From: Lama glama
Taxonomy: Eukaryota
NCBI GenBank assembly: GCA_028534125.1
Contig: CM052816.1
Span: forward strand, 101,556,001 to 101,620,000
DNA: 64,000 bases
Direction of reading: 5' to 3'
Numbering within the stretch: position 1 is the first letter of the stretch; each line of letters starts with the position of its first letter. The notes under the pieces are model-generated. The model saw only the letters and a program-made list of their open reading frames with translations. It did no database searches and was not told the origin of the DNA. The position numbers and the translations under genes were made by a program. Positions 22,501-35,329 of the stretch are shown piece by piece.

Positions 22501-23974
22501 TTTATGAGGTGGAGGGGGTGGCGTCAGCCTGCCTCCCCACCTCCACAGCTCAGCATCCTGCAGAGAACCAGCCGGGAAGTCAGTCTCCCGGTGACGGTGA
22601 CGGGCGGGGCCGAAAGTGCAGGCGCACCCTCCCTCCCCACTGCGCTTGGAGCTCCAGCCATCCTGGCGGGGAAGATGGGCCAGGGTCTGGGGGCTTCACT
22701 CCTCCCCACCCTGCAGCCCAATTGGCAAAAAGACTTTGCGAGTCAGAAAAGGGAGAAGTCCCCATTAGTCCAGTTTCTGAAAAGCTGAGTTACTGCAGAT
22801 CTTTGCTGAGTTTAATGATCCAGGAGAACAGTTGAGTATGGAAAGACCATTCCCTTTCAATTAACCCGCTGGTTTTTCCTTCTAAACTTGTTAGAAACCT
22901 GATTGGCACTAGCACCATGAACACCTAAGTCATTTTGAATTTCACTTTCAAGTCTCGTTAACTGTGGTTCTTTCAATAAAATCTAAGAACATTTTTCATT
23001 TACCCCTTTCTGGCAAGAATGATAGAAAACTAACTGGAACCAGGGTGGTAACTTACACTCTAAAACCCAACCTAAACAAAACCAAAACCTTTTTTTTTTT
23101 CAGATTAAGTCTAATCAATGCACGCTCATTATAGACAATTTGGAAACTGCAGAACTTCCCAGTGTGGAAATGCGTACCCCTAACTGCTCCCCGCCCACCA
23201 GCAGCCATTGTGGGCGTTTTGATTAATATCTTTCAAGTCTCCCTTTTAAATATTTTTCTGTGCATTATATGCACAATGTTTTGTTTTATAAAATTATGAT
23301 CATACTGTAGAACTCTTTAGAAGCCTTTAAAAAAAAACTCCATATATTGTGAACCTTGTTTAAAGAAAAAACAAGATTTTTATGAATGTAAATTACTCCA
23401 TCTTTGGGAAGTACCATATTCCTCATTTGGGGAATATTATTTCTTATTATCAATCCGGCCTTTTGCAACAGGGAAATGAGTGAACCTTACTTACCGAGAG
23501 GATTAGCTATGTGAGGAGTGTGGCTCAGCACCGTGCGCGTCTGCAAGCCCTCCAGACCCCGCAGGCACTGAAACGCCAGTGGCCCTTCTTGTCGCAGAAA
23601 TGTCTCTGTGGTGACCTGAGAGTCAGGCTGGTGGCCGACCTACAGGGGCTCACAGCCGGATTTGGGGGGAAGTTTGCCGTGCACATCAGAACTCAGGCCT
23701 AGAGACGTGGGAATACGTTTAAACCGTGGTGCTGGGCTAATACCAGAAAGAAAACTCACGCGGTGGAGTAAGATGGCGTGTTTCAGCGGAATCTCCGTGG
23801 AGAACTTTGCCAAATGGGTCTCTGGTAGCTGGTGTCACACTGACTGAGTGGCAGCACTTCTTCTGGGCTGTTCGCCTGCAGGGGCACCGTGAACACAGCC
23901 GACTGCAGTAGCTGACCAGACAGGATGGAAATGAAAGGGAGTCTCTTTGTGTCCAGTTTAGAGGGGTCCCCTTC

Positions 23975-24200
23975 AGCTAGCGTCCAGACATAGCGAAGTC
24001 CACCGATTTAGAGGCTTAAAACAAGACTCACTACCGTGTGGTCCCCAAGGGTCACAGGCTGGTGAGCCCGATGGGGCCTCTGGTCAGTGCTCCTCAGGAC
24101 AGCAGTCAGGGTTCACAGGGCAGCATTCTTTTCTGCAGATTTAAGGGAAGAGTCTGCTTCCAGGCTGACTTGGAGCGTGGACAGTCTATTATGTCCTCCT
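23975..24200 (-). mobile_element. Degraded MaLR (MLT1-type) LTR fragment
   Basis: GAGGCTTAAAACAAGACTCAC... motif typical of reverse-complement MLT1 ends. Confidence 0.4.
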
Positions 24201-24669
24201 ACGGCCACGCTGCCCCTCAGTCCCCAAGTCGGTGACAGCGGGTCAAGTCCTCCTCATGCCTGAGGCGCCTCTGACTTCCTCCTCCTCCTTCAGAGTCTCC
24301 TTCCTGGAAACAGAGGACAGTCCTAGAGCCTCTGCAGGAAGTTGGCACAGGCCCCCAGGGATGCTGTGGCCCTGGGGCATGTCCCCGCGCGTTTGTACAG
24401 GAGCCGGGCGGTGCTGTACCCAAACTTGAGTGCGTGGCCCCGGGGGGCCCGGGAGCAGAGGGCCCCTCTGTGGCACCCCCTGGCAAGCAGTCACAGGGCT
24501 TTACACGTGCAGCCGACTCGGGCACACAAACAACTCCCAGGGCCGCTCCTCTGAGGCCCTGCAGATAAGAGGAAACCACAACCAGGGTGCCTGTGGGGTG
24601 CTTTCCAGCCAAGCGAGCACCCCCCCTCACTGACATCAGTCTTCCCTTCCTCATGCCCCACCCTCGCAG

Positions 24670-24763
24670 GGAGAAGAGCAAGTTGTTCCTGCCCTCATCC
24701 GGGTACCTGAAACAGTTCACCTCCCCTACCACAGAACTGGAGAACCACTCGCTGCCGCTGAAG
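24670..24763 (+). CDS. ZDHHC11: ZDHHC11 coding exon 8
   Basis: CCCTCGCAG|G...AAG|GTAAGC, 94 nt, phase 2 to 0. Encodes (G)EKSKLFLPSSGYLKQFTSPTTELENHSLPLK. Confidence 0.8.
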
Positions 24764-25399
24764 GTAAGCCCAGGCCACCGGCGAGAGTCAGACCAGGGCC
24801 TCCAGGAGTGAGGACAGAGCAGCATTTGGAACTGCTTGTTGCACTGAATCAAAGCACGTGTGTGGTACCCAGGGTGCTCCTCAGAGCTCCTCAAGTAGGG
24901 GCAGAGGGGGGTGGGGAAGAGAAGAGAGAGCGCGGGACAGAGCTGCTGTTAAGGGTGGGGCTCGTGCTGCGAGAGATGCAGGACGAAAACTGCTTCAGTG
25001 AAGGAAATGCACGTCCGCGTGCGCCAGCTTGGAAATGCACCAGAAAAGGACGGACGCGACGAGAATACACCGAAAAAGGCCAGCAGCGATAGAACCTAGG
25101 TGCTGAGTGTTTGGGTGTCCTGGACAATCCTTTCAACTTCGCTGGATGTTTGGAAATAAATGTTAGGAAGTAACACTGTGTAGGTGACAGACGTGGACGG
25201 GATTGCAGGCTCCGCGCGTGTCTGAGTGTGCCGTCCGGGTGTGCCACAGAGCGCCTTGTCTTCAGAGGCTTGTAAGGCCACCCACAGGCCAGGGGCCCCA
25301 GGGGCTTCTGAGGGTCATTTTCAAGTGGGGTTTGTGCCTGTGCTGATTTCTAAAGGTCACAGGCCACTCTGTTTTCTCTGTGGAAGAGTTGGAATAGAC

Positions 25400-27230
25400 T
25401 TTGTCACCTAAGAAAAGGACTTACTGGTCTACTTAATTGACACAAATGATCAGACTGAGAAGAAGAAATGGGCAGCTTGAATGGACATATAACAGGTAAA
25501 GATACTGAACTGCTGATTTTAAATTCCCCACAAAGAAAATCCCAGACCCTCATGACTTTATTGGTGAATTCTACCCGATATTTTAAGAAAAAAAAATTAT
25601 GCACAAACTCTCAGAAAATAGAGGAGGAAGAAACACTTCCCAACGCATTCTGTGAGGCCAGCACATAATACCAAGGCCGGACAATGTCACCAAAAGCAGA
25701 TTAGCAGAAGCCAGTATCACCCATGGACATAGAGGCAAATACCATTAACAACACATTAGCGAACCAAATGAGTCCCATATATGCAGGGTCGCACACCACG
25801 ACTAGGAGAGGTCTGCTCCAGGAATGCAGGGTCAGCCTAACATCTGAAAATAAAGTACAATAAACACATGACATGTCAATCAGAAAGAGCATTTGCTAAT
25901 AACACATTCATGATAAAAACAATTTCACAGCTGAGAGGGAGAAACACCCTCAGTCTGATCAAGAGACTGACGACACTGACAGTGAACACGTATTAGCTCC
26001 CATCAAACGCTTTCCCCTTGAGACTGGGGCCAAGGTAAGAATGTCCATTCCACACTTCTCTTGGACATTTTACTAAAGTTCCAGGTGGTGCAGTAGAGAG
26101 AGAATTCTAAATTAAAGGCATATAGATTTGAAAGTGAAACTGCACTTAACTACATGACCCTAACAAATCTGCAAAAGAGCTCGTAGAATTAAGGTTGCTT
26201 GGCCAGGTGGTGGGATACAAAATCAATATTAAAAACGGTCATACGTCTATATACTAGCAATAAAAAATCTGAAAATGCTATTAAGAAAATTGTTTCATTC
26301 ACAGTAGCATCAAAAATAATAAAATAACAAAAACAAGTACAAATCTGTATGTGTAAATCCAGGAGCTATTGCAGGAGAAGTTAAACACCCTCCAGGTGAA
26401 AGGTTTACCGTGTTCATGGACTGGAGCACCCAGTATCGTCATGACGGGAAGAACTTCCCCCGGCTGATCTACAGGCTGACCATGAATTCCCAGGAAGGTT
26501 GTTTCTTTAAGGAAAGAGCAAGTTGATCTCAAAATGTATACAGGAATTCAGAGGACTTGGAGTAGCAGGAATAATTTGGAAAAAGAACCAAACTGTAGGG
26601 CTTAACGCAGTCTGACTTCAAAATTCACTGTGAAGCTATAGTAGCCAAGACGGTACGGCGCCAGCATAAGGACAGACACACAGACCAACGGACAGAATGG
26701 AAACTCCAGAAATAAAACCTTCACATTTCTGGCCAATGGACTTTAAACCAAGGTGCCAAGGCAATTCAATGGGGAGAAATGTGAACATTTTCAGTAAATA
26801 GTGCTGGAATAATTGGATAACCGCATGCAAGATTAAAAAAAATGAACGTAATGCCCCGCTTCACAGCACCCACACAAATAGCTCAAACTCACTCGCGAAG
26901 CTAACTTTAAGAGCTAAACTACAAGCTTTAGGAAGAGAACAGAGGAGAATCTTTGTGATCTCGAGTTAGGCCACGTTTTCTTTAATATGATACCAAGAGT
27001 ACAAGTAAAGAAAAAAATGAAAAATTGGGCATTATCAAACTTAAAAACACTTGCTCTTTCAAAGTCACCATTACAAAAATTAAAACGTAAGTCACAGACT
27101 GGAATATGCACTTGTATCCAGAATACATAAGGACTTCTCAGACCCCAACAACCCGTTTTTTTTAACGAGCAAGAGCCTTGAACAAACTGCAGCAAACGGG
27201 TATTTGGGGGGCAAATGAGCACGTGCCAAG
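25400..27230 (+). mobile_element. LINE-1 ORF2 remnant (L1M-type), sense, disrupted
   Basis: GAGGAAGAAACACTTCCCAACGCATTCTGTGAGGCCAGC, GGATACAAAATCAATATT and CCAAGGTGCCAAGGCAATTCAATGGGGAG are recognisable RT and C-terminal ORF2 segments, with many stops and frameshifts. Confidence 0.85.
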
Positions 27231-27606
27231 GTGGGCAGCATCGCCAGGGTTGGGGGCGCCAGTTTATAGCCCTGGAAGGCACCACTGCCCGTGGACTAGA
27301 GGGGCCGAAGTGCAACAGACCCATGTGCCGAGCGCTGGTGAGTCAGAAGTCTGACTCCCGCCGCACAGCGAGCCGCGGTGGGCGGGGTCTAACACCTCGG
27401 TGCTCCCTCCGCGCGGCCCCGCCGTCCCACTGCCGGGTCCTCGCGAGCTCGGAACACGGCTGGGGAAAGGCACTGCCCCACCTCAGGAGTCCCTGCGGTG
27501 CTGTGACTTGAAATCAAATGACAATAGGTTTGAATTTTCTGAAAAATACCCTAAATAGCAACAGTTTCTCCTCTTACAATGTCTTCATTTTCATTCCCCC
27601 TCACAG

Positions 27607-27641
27607 GAAGCTGCCATCAGCAAGAGCTGGTCGGTGCAGGG
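27607..27641 (+). CDS. ZDHHC11: ZDHHC11 coding exon 9 (35-nt micro-exon)
   Basis: TTTTCATTCCCCCTCACAG|GAAGCT...CAGGG|GTAAGT, encoding EAAISKSWSVQ(G). Phase 0 to 2. Paralogous to exon 7. Confidence 0.8.
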
Positions 27642-28214
27642 GTAAGTCAGGGCTTCCTCCAGGTGCTCTGTCTGAGGAACAGCCACATTCTCCTCTCAGC
27701 TCAGGTGACGGAACACTTTTAGGTGGCGTGAGAGCGCAACGGGAGACAGAGCTCTCACTTGCCATTACTAACACTGACAGGCGCTCCTGTAGCTCGTTCT
27801 CAACTTACCTCACTTACAAAACGACAGAGCCTCTCTCCCTCCACACAACTGACCGGAAGTCAGGCCATGCCCGTCGCCCTCTGCCAGTCAGAGAGCAGGG
27901 CCCGCTGGCTCTGAATGTCTTTCTATGACCTTTGATGACGTCTGGTCTCATCCAAGCTCTGAGGGTCAGGCCTACGCACCTTGTGTCAGTGTTGCGTATT
28001 AGCAAACGCTAAGTTAATGACCTCTCTGTCCCGGAACACTGCACACGCGCGCACACAGTGCGCATGGCCTTTCCACCTTCAAAATCACAAAAGCAGAGAG
28101 TGGCCACTATGAAGGCCAGCATCGCGGGGACGCGCACACTGTCTCCGCAGTGAGCCTGTGCACTCATCTCCTCGTCGGATGTGGAGAACAGGGAACGTGC
28201 TCGGTGCTACGGTA

Positions 28215-28590
28215 GGTGCTTCCATTCGCTAGGGCTGCCATGACAAAGCACCACAGGCAGGCGGTTTAAAAACAGAAGCGGGTTCTCCTGCTGTCTGGAG
28301 GGCAGAAGTCTGGAGTCCAGGTGTCAGCGAGGGGGTCCTCCTGATCATGAGAGGCCCGCTCCGAGCCCCTGTCCGTGGCTTGTAGTGGTGGTGGTCTCCG
28401 TGTCTCCCCACGTTGTTCTCCCTCCAAGCCTGTCTGTCTCTGGAGACAGACTCAGCCTTTTTATAAGGCTGCCATTTCTATTGGATTAGTACCCACCCTC
28501 ACGACCTCATTTTAAGTTCATGGCTTCTGAAAGACCCACTCTCCAATTAAGGTCACGTTCCGAGGTCCTAGGAACTCGGGTTCCAATGCA
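28215..28590 (-). mobile_element. ERVL-MaLR solo LTR (MLT1-type)
   Basis: GGGCTGCCATGACAAAGCACCACAGGCAGGCGGTTTAAAAACAGAAG...TTTTATAAGG...GACCTCATTTTAAG...AAGGTCACGTTCCGAGGTCCTAGG. Confidence 0.8.
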
Positions 28591-28667
28591 GTTGTCCCAT
28601 GGTACCCTTGCGGGGTCGGTGCCAGAAGCCCCTGCATTCACCAAAACCCACAGATGTCCAAGTTGCA

Positions 28668-28790
28668 CAGTCAGTTCCCCATGTCTGCCGGTTCTGGATC
28701 TGAGGGCTCAACCAACCACAGATGGGAATTTCAAGCCAGGCTTGGGTGAGTCCTCATATGTGGAACCTGTGAACACGGAGGGTCCAAAAT
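28668..28790. mobile_element. MER2-like (TcMar-Tigger) DNA transposon fragment
   Basis: CAGTCAGTTCCCCATGTCTGCCGGTTCTGGATCTGAGGGCTCAACCAACCACAGATGG resembles the MER2 terminus as recalled. Confidence 0.45.
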
Positions 28791-28919
28791 AAACCACACA
28801 TAAGTGGGCCCACACAGTTCAAACCCATGTTGCTTTGCCCTCTTCCAACACATAAAATAGCTCACCCCATCACAGCTTCCCCCAAGTCAGACACGACTGA
28901 CTGGGACACAACGAGAATG

Positions 28920-29135
28920 TGCACCTTCAGGTGAGCAGTACTAGTCACGGCCTGGAGAGTGGCTCTGAGAGTAGATCTTGAAGTTCTCACCTCAAGGGAA
29001 GTAACTGCAGCTACCTGAGGTGAGGAGTGCTAGCTCGCTGTGCTGATCGCTCCGCAGCACATACAAAACCGAATCGTGTCGTGTGCCTTAAACCTGCACG
29101 ATGTGCCAATTATTTCGCAGTAAAACCAGGGGCAA
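28920..29135 (+). mobile_element. L1 3' UTR fragment
   Basis: GAGAGTAGATCTTGAAGTTCTCACC...CCTTAAAC...GTGCCAATTATTTCGCAGTAAAACCAGGGG is a typical L1MA/MB 3' end. Confidence 0.6.
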
Positions 29136-29924
29136 AGCTACTTTTATCAAATGCTTTTCATGAGTGTTTAGCTAATGGGTTTTTAAAAAGATAAAAAGAA
29201 CGAGCTGCTTGCCTGCACCGTCCCGTGTGCACAACGCCCCTCTCCAGCCCTCAGATGACACCCTCCAGGCCCTCCCTGCCTTCCCATCGCGCTGCAGGGG
29301 CACTGACTGCCGAGCCGTGTGGGAGAGGCCACGCGGGGTCCCCGCGGGGTGCTCACCCCCACCCTGCACGGCACAGCCCTGACCCCTACTCTGGACGCTG
29401 CTGCTGCTCCCCTGGCCCAGGCCCCCAGAGGTTACAAACTCTGCTGACAGGGTCCGATGGCCACATGGGACCACTCAGAGACGGGGAGGGCCATGGGGGC
29501 CACATTTAGACGGTAGGAGGTGGTCTTTAATACTAATAGTACCTAACTGCATCTTAAAAATTAAACCCGTGGCATACACTCAGGTGTGACTTCAACTGCA
29601 GGGGAGTGGGTGAAACACCCCCCCCCCGACGCCCCCAGTGCCAGCTCAGGGGGAAGCTCTGTGCAGCTGCCGCTTTCTGCCACGCACACAGGCCCCACGA
29701 GAAGCCCGGGTGGTGCCGCGCACGCCAGCCTGCAGCCTCCTACTTTATCCGTCCCCCCTAGAATATCGTGGGCAACTTTTATGACACCCCACACAGGTGC
29801 CACTCCTCGTGCCCAGGGACATGGTGCCGGTGCGTGGGTTAGTCAGCCGTGCCCCCGGGTGAGACAGACCCCGACCACCCTGGGCCTCCGTGGATAACTC
29901 AGCACAGCCCTCTTGTGATAGTTT

Positions 29925-30230
29925 AAGGTTTAACACCACAAACTCCCACGGCCTCGTGGGTTACCACGAAAGAAATTTGTTCTGTTTCGGGTTGGCGGCC
30001 AGAAGCCCAACCCAGGGGTCGCAGGGCGCTGTCCGCAGCTCTGAGGACCCTGCTGCTGCTGGCCCGGGCCCCTGTGTCCCAGGCTTGGGGCACCTCCCGC
30101 TAGCCCTGGCCAGCCTCTCCCTGGAAGGACACGGTGAGTCAGGGGTCGAGGGCCCACCCTCGTCCCGGGATGAGGACACCTCGAGGGCCCTAATCACGTT
30201 TGAAACAAGGAGGTCGTGGGGGGACACGAG
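29925..30230 (-). mobile_element. Degraded MLT1-type LTR
   Basis: ACCACAAAC...GAAAGAAATTTGTTCTGTTTCGGGTTGGCGGCCAGAAGCCC...GGGCCCACCCT. Confidence 0.5.
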
Positions 30231-32779
30231 TTTCTGGAGGACACTATTCAGCTCACTTACCCCGTCCACGTTCACCGAGGGACCCACGACCTCCGAGCCA
30301 CACCACCGCTCCTCTCAGAGACCCCGAAACTCCTCCCCACCAAACCCAGGCCGGGCCCGGCCCTGGTCCTGGTCCGCACGGACCAGCCTCCCGCTGTCCA
30401 GGCTTCTCCCCCTGCTGCCCTACCCCTCCCCGGGGCCTGGAACCGGAACACAAACGCAGCTTCCCAGGGACTGCCGGCTTCCCGGGTTCTGCAGGAGAAG
30501 CAGGGCCACAGTGTTGAGCGCTGGGTGGTACCGCAGCTTTCGGCGGCCCCCCGGAGCCTCCCCCGCCGCAGACAGGCTTCGCTGATGCGTGTGCCTTTCC
30601 CCGCCCACCCCCTCCAGCCTGAAGTCCCTGGAGCTCCTGTCGTCCACTGCACTCTCCATCCAGCCCTCCACCACCACCAGCTGCAGCGAGAGCTCCTCGC
30701 TGAGCCAGGTGAGCCTCAGGCCTGGGGGGAGCCGGGTGGGGTCCCGCCCCCGAGAGCGGGGTGAGGACACCAGCACCGGGCTTGCTTGTCTGATGGGCTT
30801 GTCTGAGCATCTGTGGTGGCCCCAGGAGGCTGCCCGGGTGAGGAAAAGCAGAAAAATCAAGTGAGTGACACAAAGCATTCTCAACTGCGGGGCCATGTGT
30901 GAGACAGAGGAACAGGCAGGGAAGCGCGTGGCTCAAGCCTGGTGCAGGGAAACCAGCCGGTGTCCCCGACAGCACTCTGTCCCCGTGGTCTCCACGGGCC
31001 ACTTACCACCCCAGACAAGGGCTGCCCTGAGAGTCTCTGGGCAGCAGGGGCACAAGGTCCCTGCATCCATCACCGAGCCGTCGGAGCCCGGGGTCAGAGT
31101 TCAGTTGGAGAGACTGGGGCTGGTCCTCGGTGGGGCTGGCATGACCTCCAGAGGCAGCTTCCGTGCCCAGAGAGGGGTAGAGTCTGAGGGTCTTCGGTTT
31201 AACGCCGTGTGACGAGGTCACAGCTTAAACTATGGCCAGTTACGGCGTGACCTCCCCCCCAGCCACTTCCCGCGACCCCTCCCGGCACAGCGGTGGCAGA
31301 GGCACCGACCATCTGGTGGCGCCCCAGCCTGGCCCTGCCCTCTCATGCGGTGGATGTCACACTCGGCACAGGGGCCCAGACAGTGCGCTCAGCCTCCAAG
31401 AAGCAAATGATAAAGGTGGGCGTGCGGACCGGGCCCGCCTGGTTGTAACGGTCTGTCTGAATGGCCGAAGCCCTTCCGTGGGCGCCGGCACTGTCGCTGT
31501 GTTTCCCCCGACTTTGTGCTCCTGGGAGAAGTCACACCCTAAAACGTGTGTGCTCCTGTGTTGGGCACAGCCTTCCCTGATGTGGCACCACAAGCACGAC
31601 TCTATCACCATGTGAGACGATCACACAGCCAGGTCAGCTGGCACCCCCAGCATCCGACACACAGCGGATGCACACCGTCCACTCTCTTAGATGCCCAGTG
31701 CCGCCACCATGATGTGCGTTGGCACGTAAGGGTTGTTTTTACAAAGGGCTTCCTTTGGGCAAACCCGTTAATAAACCCGCGACCCAGGAACTGCCCACCC
31801 GAGAAGAAAATAGACCCTAAGGGTTCCTGGTCCAACCCAGCGCTGCCGGCTCCCCGGGCGGGGAGCCTGTGCAGGTCTTCCCCTCTGTGAGCCGAGGGTG
31901 ACAAAGTCATCTGCCTCCAGGTTTTCTGGTAGAGATTAGACAAGATAACTCACGCCCTGGCACAGCCCCCCGCACGCAGGAAGCACTCGAGTGTCTGTTA
32001 CGAGCAAAGACCCAGCCACGAGCGCAGACTGCGCTTCCCTGCAGAGGTGCTCACGGTGACACGTTTACAATAACGAACGCCTGAAGTCACCAACAACCCA
32101 AATTTGGGTGAACGATCACGTCGAACAGGCCGGATGCCCAGTCCTGATAGACGATGAGGATTCTGGCTTTGAAGACAAGGCAATAAAACCGTGCATGCTT
32201 GTGACCTGGTAAGCAGGGAAAGCAGGGTCTAGATCACACGTGCGGCACAGCTGCGGCCACGTGCGCAAACCCCACACCTGTGACCAGGGAAGAGAAGGCT
32301 GACAGGAGATGCGCGGAAACACACTAGGGTGACTGAACCTCGGTAACTGTTAGCTAACGTGTCATGTGTGCTTGCATGATTTTTAGAGTAAAAATGTATG
32401 AAGTAATACTTAAATTGTTTTAGCTGAAAAGAGAAGGAAAAAATGGTACATTGGGCTTCATCAAAACTTTGAGTTAGGGTTGGGGTTAGATCTGAACCGA
32501 CTTCACCAGCGGGACCCGTGGCGAGTGAGCACGTGGACAGACGCCGACACCGTCAGGTGGTGAGGGAACGGACTAAAGCCACGGTCACAGCCGCCACGCC
32601 CCGCCGGCGGGGCTCTAACCGGAACGGGCACCGACACCCCGTGGGGCTGAGACACGGGGAGGCCAGGCCGTCGGCACCTCTAGTCAAACTCGTCCTTTCA
32701 TGTGGCCCAGCCACCCCGTGCCCGGCTTTACCGAGAGAGTGGAGGGTGGGCACATGGGGCTGCCGTCACAAAGGGCCAG

Positions 32780-33065
32780 AGCCCAGGGTTTATGTCCTCA
32801 GGTTCTGGCGGCCAAGCTCCGAGATCAGGACGTCACTGAGTTTGGAGTCCCCTGAGGCCCCATCCTTGGCTGTGCCCTCCGTGCTGTCCGGCAGCTGGGC
32901 CCTGATCTCCTCTTGGCACAAGGACACAAGGGCAGGACCACCCCCGCCGTGGCCTCATTTAACATCACGGCCCCTGCAGAGGCCCCGTCCCCAGATGCGG
33001 TCACGTTCCAAGTCTCCAGGGCCAGGACTTCAGCGCGTGAAATGGGAGGGGGCACAGTTCCGGCC
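32780..33065 (-). mobile_element. MLT1-type LTR
   Basis: TTTATGTCCTCAGGTTCTGGCGGCCAAGCTCCGAGATCAGG...GGCCTCATTTAACATCAC...GGTCACGTTCCAAGT...AGGACTTCAGC...GGGGGCACAGTTC. Confidence 0.7.
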
Positions 33066-34941
33066 GGAACTCGGGGGTGGGGGGAGGGGCCGCGCCACCA
33101 GGGGCCCTTCCCCGGACCCAGGAGCCCCCGAGGTAGCGTGACCCGAATCCTCCGATACTGGGCTTGAACGTGGGGGAGGCAAGCGCAGGTCAGCAGGGCT
33201 CCTTCCTAACCCCAGGGGTGACTGTTCCCGCCCTCTCCCCGACCGGAACTGGCCGCCCAGCTGAGCTCACCTGCACCGAGGTGAGTCTGAGAAGTAGCTC
33301 TAAGCCCATCTGAACTCGGGTTCCTCGGGACAGTAATTCCTCCGGCGAGGCCACGGGGCATGGACAGAACACGAAGCTGCTAGTGGCCGCCCCCGCCTCG
33401 CCGGCTCCTCCGTGTGCCCCCACGCCTCCCCGGCTCGAAGGGCCCTCTTTCCTCCCCCGCGTCTTCCTGCACTGACGTCTGGGCTGACACGCAGACACGA
33501 GTAGCGCTCACGCATTCCTCTCCCTGTGAACGTGCGTGGGGCCAGGTCTGCGTCATGATGGGTCGGGGGCCAGCTGGCTCCGGCCGTCCCGGCCGGCAGC
33601 CCTGGGTTGGGGCGACTTTGGGATGAGGGGAGCCTGAGTCTTTAGTACCCAACTAGGTGTTCGTCGTACGCATCGAAACACAGCGGTAACAGCGTGCGAC
33701 ATATAACAGCCCTCGAGGGCGACGCCCGCAGAGCGTGAACACCGCTCCGTCCCTCCGCACGCTCACAAACCCACTCACGCCGACAGGCTAGGCCGGCGGG
33801 CACGGGGGTCTGGGGACCCGTCCTTCTCCCCCGTTTTATTAATGGTCGTGTTCTGGGGGGACCAGCGCCGTGCCCCCAGCAGCCCAGCTCCACGAGGAAG
33901 TCCCACCGCCTTCCTGAGTCTTGGTCTGGAAGCTCCAGCGTCCTGGGCCTCGGCCCTGGGGGCGTCCCTGTCTCCCCAGCCTGCAGCCCAGAGGCGCAGG
34001 CTTCCTGGACGAGACTTGGGAGACTGGCCTTGAAAGCCTCCGTGCTGAGAACACCCTTCTGCCAGGAGGAGGGCAGGGTGGGATGCTGGCGGGTGGAGGC
34101 CCTTCCAGCTCTGAGACGCACCCCTCCCTCTCTGCTGGAGCGTTCTGTCGTCTTCAGTCCAGACTTTACGTCTCCACCTGGAAAACGAGCTAACCCTGTT
34201 TCAGGGAAGGGTTACCTGTGTGAAAAGTAGTTACACTGACATGGTGCACGTTTGCAAGTCCACCGGCCGGGATACGCAACCAAGTCTGGCCCTTTTTGCT
34301 GCAAAGTGTTTCTAGGGTAAACCTGGCAATTTGCTCAGGTGAACAAACTGGCATCTGGACAGCCGCGGCCAGACTCACTCCAGCCACACCGACCGCACAG
34401 TTGAGCCCCTGCCCCTGGACACCAGGGCCTGGGGCTCAACCTGGCCCGAGGAAGCCCCTCAGGTGGTGCCTGGTGTGTGAAGATGCGGGCCTGGGACACT
34501 GAGTGGAAGGGCGGGCTCTCCCCAAAGGCTTGCAGATGGACGGGTGGGGCTTCTGGGCTGTCGGTCTGCATGGCAGCCACACTGACTGGGGCAGAAGCTG
34601 ACCCGGTGGAGGGGCACGGAGGAGTGCGGAGGGCCCACCGCACACGGGAGCTGCTTGTCCAAGCGTAAAGGGGCTTCAGCTGCTAGAACCCACCAGGCGG
34701 TTTGCTTTAATTTTCTACCAGCGGGTGGAAGGTCTCAGCATGGATGTCCTTCCCATGTGAGCCTTGGGCCTGTTTCTCACAAACCCCGAGCCCCTGAGCG
34801 CCCCCCCCCCCATCCGAGGCTGTGCAGGCAAGTGGGAGACCATGGCGGCAACGCTGCAGGACACAGCAGCCCTGCGAGAGCCCCCCCCCCAAGGAGGGGC
34901 TTCCCTGTTGACGTGGGTCTTGTCCCCTGCCACCCCAGCAG

Positions 34942-35026
34942 AATGAAGCGTAAGGAGTTCCTGTCGCCGTCCAGGTGCCCAAGCTCCGTCGGCAGCCTCA
35001 GCCTGGAGGACTCCATGTCACTGCAG
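34942..35026 (+). CDS. ZDHHC11: ZDHHC11 coding exon 10
   Basis: NAGNAG acceptor CCCCAGCAG|A and donor CAG|GTAAGG, 85 nt, phase 2 to 0. Encodes MKRKEFLSPSRCPSSVGSLSLEDSMSLQ. Paralogous to exon 8. Confidence 0.75.
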
Positions 35027-35329
35027 GTAAGGCTGGGCGTGGTGGGGCCCACAGAGGCGTGTCAGGCCCCTCCAAGCCTGAGGCTGACAGGGCTGGATGG
35101 CTTGTGTGACAGCGCAGCGGGGCGGAGCGGGCGGGGCAACGCTCAGACGGCGGAAGCTGAGTGCGGGAAGTCGTGTGTGTGCGAGCGCACGTGGGTGCGC
35201 CTGGTTCCCAACACCCTGTCAGGGGAGTGAGTTGCGGGCAGAGATGCCATGTGCTCGACTTGCTGTTTAACGGAACAAGACCTTTGATGAGCCTGAGCTG
35301 TGAGCTTTGATACAGACACATTTATAAAC

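Noticed and set aside
23472-23510. Candidate ZDHHC11 exon (CAACAG|GGAAATG...TAT|GTGAGG)
   Set aside because: It has a stop in the required phase-0 frame (GGA AAT GAG TGA), and the 35-nt exon at 21783 fits phase and size. It can at most be a poison exon.
29890-31002. Overlapping 231-aa and 249-aa ORFs in a ZDHHC11 intron
   Set aside because: GC-rich and partly MLT1-derived, with no homology I recognise and no phase-compatible splice sites.
32472-32490. TTAGGG-like telomeric snippet
   Set aside because: Only two or three degenerate units; not enough for an interstitial telomeric repeat.
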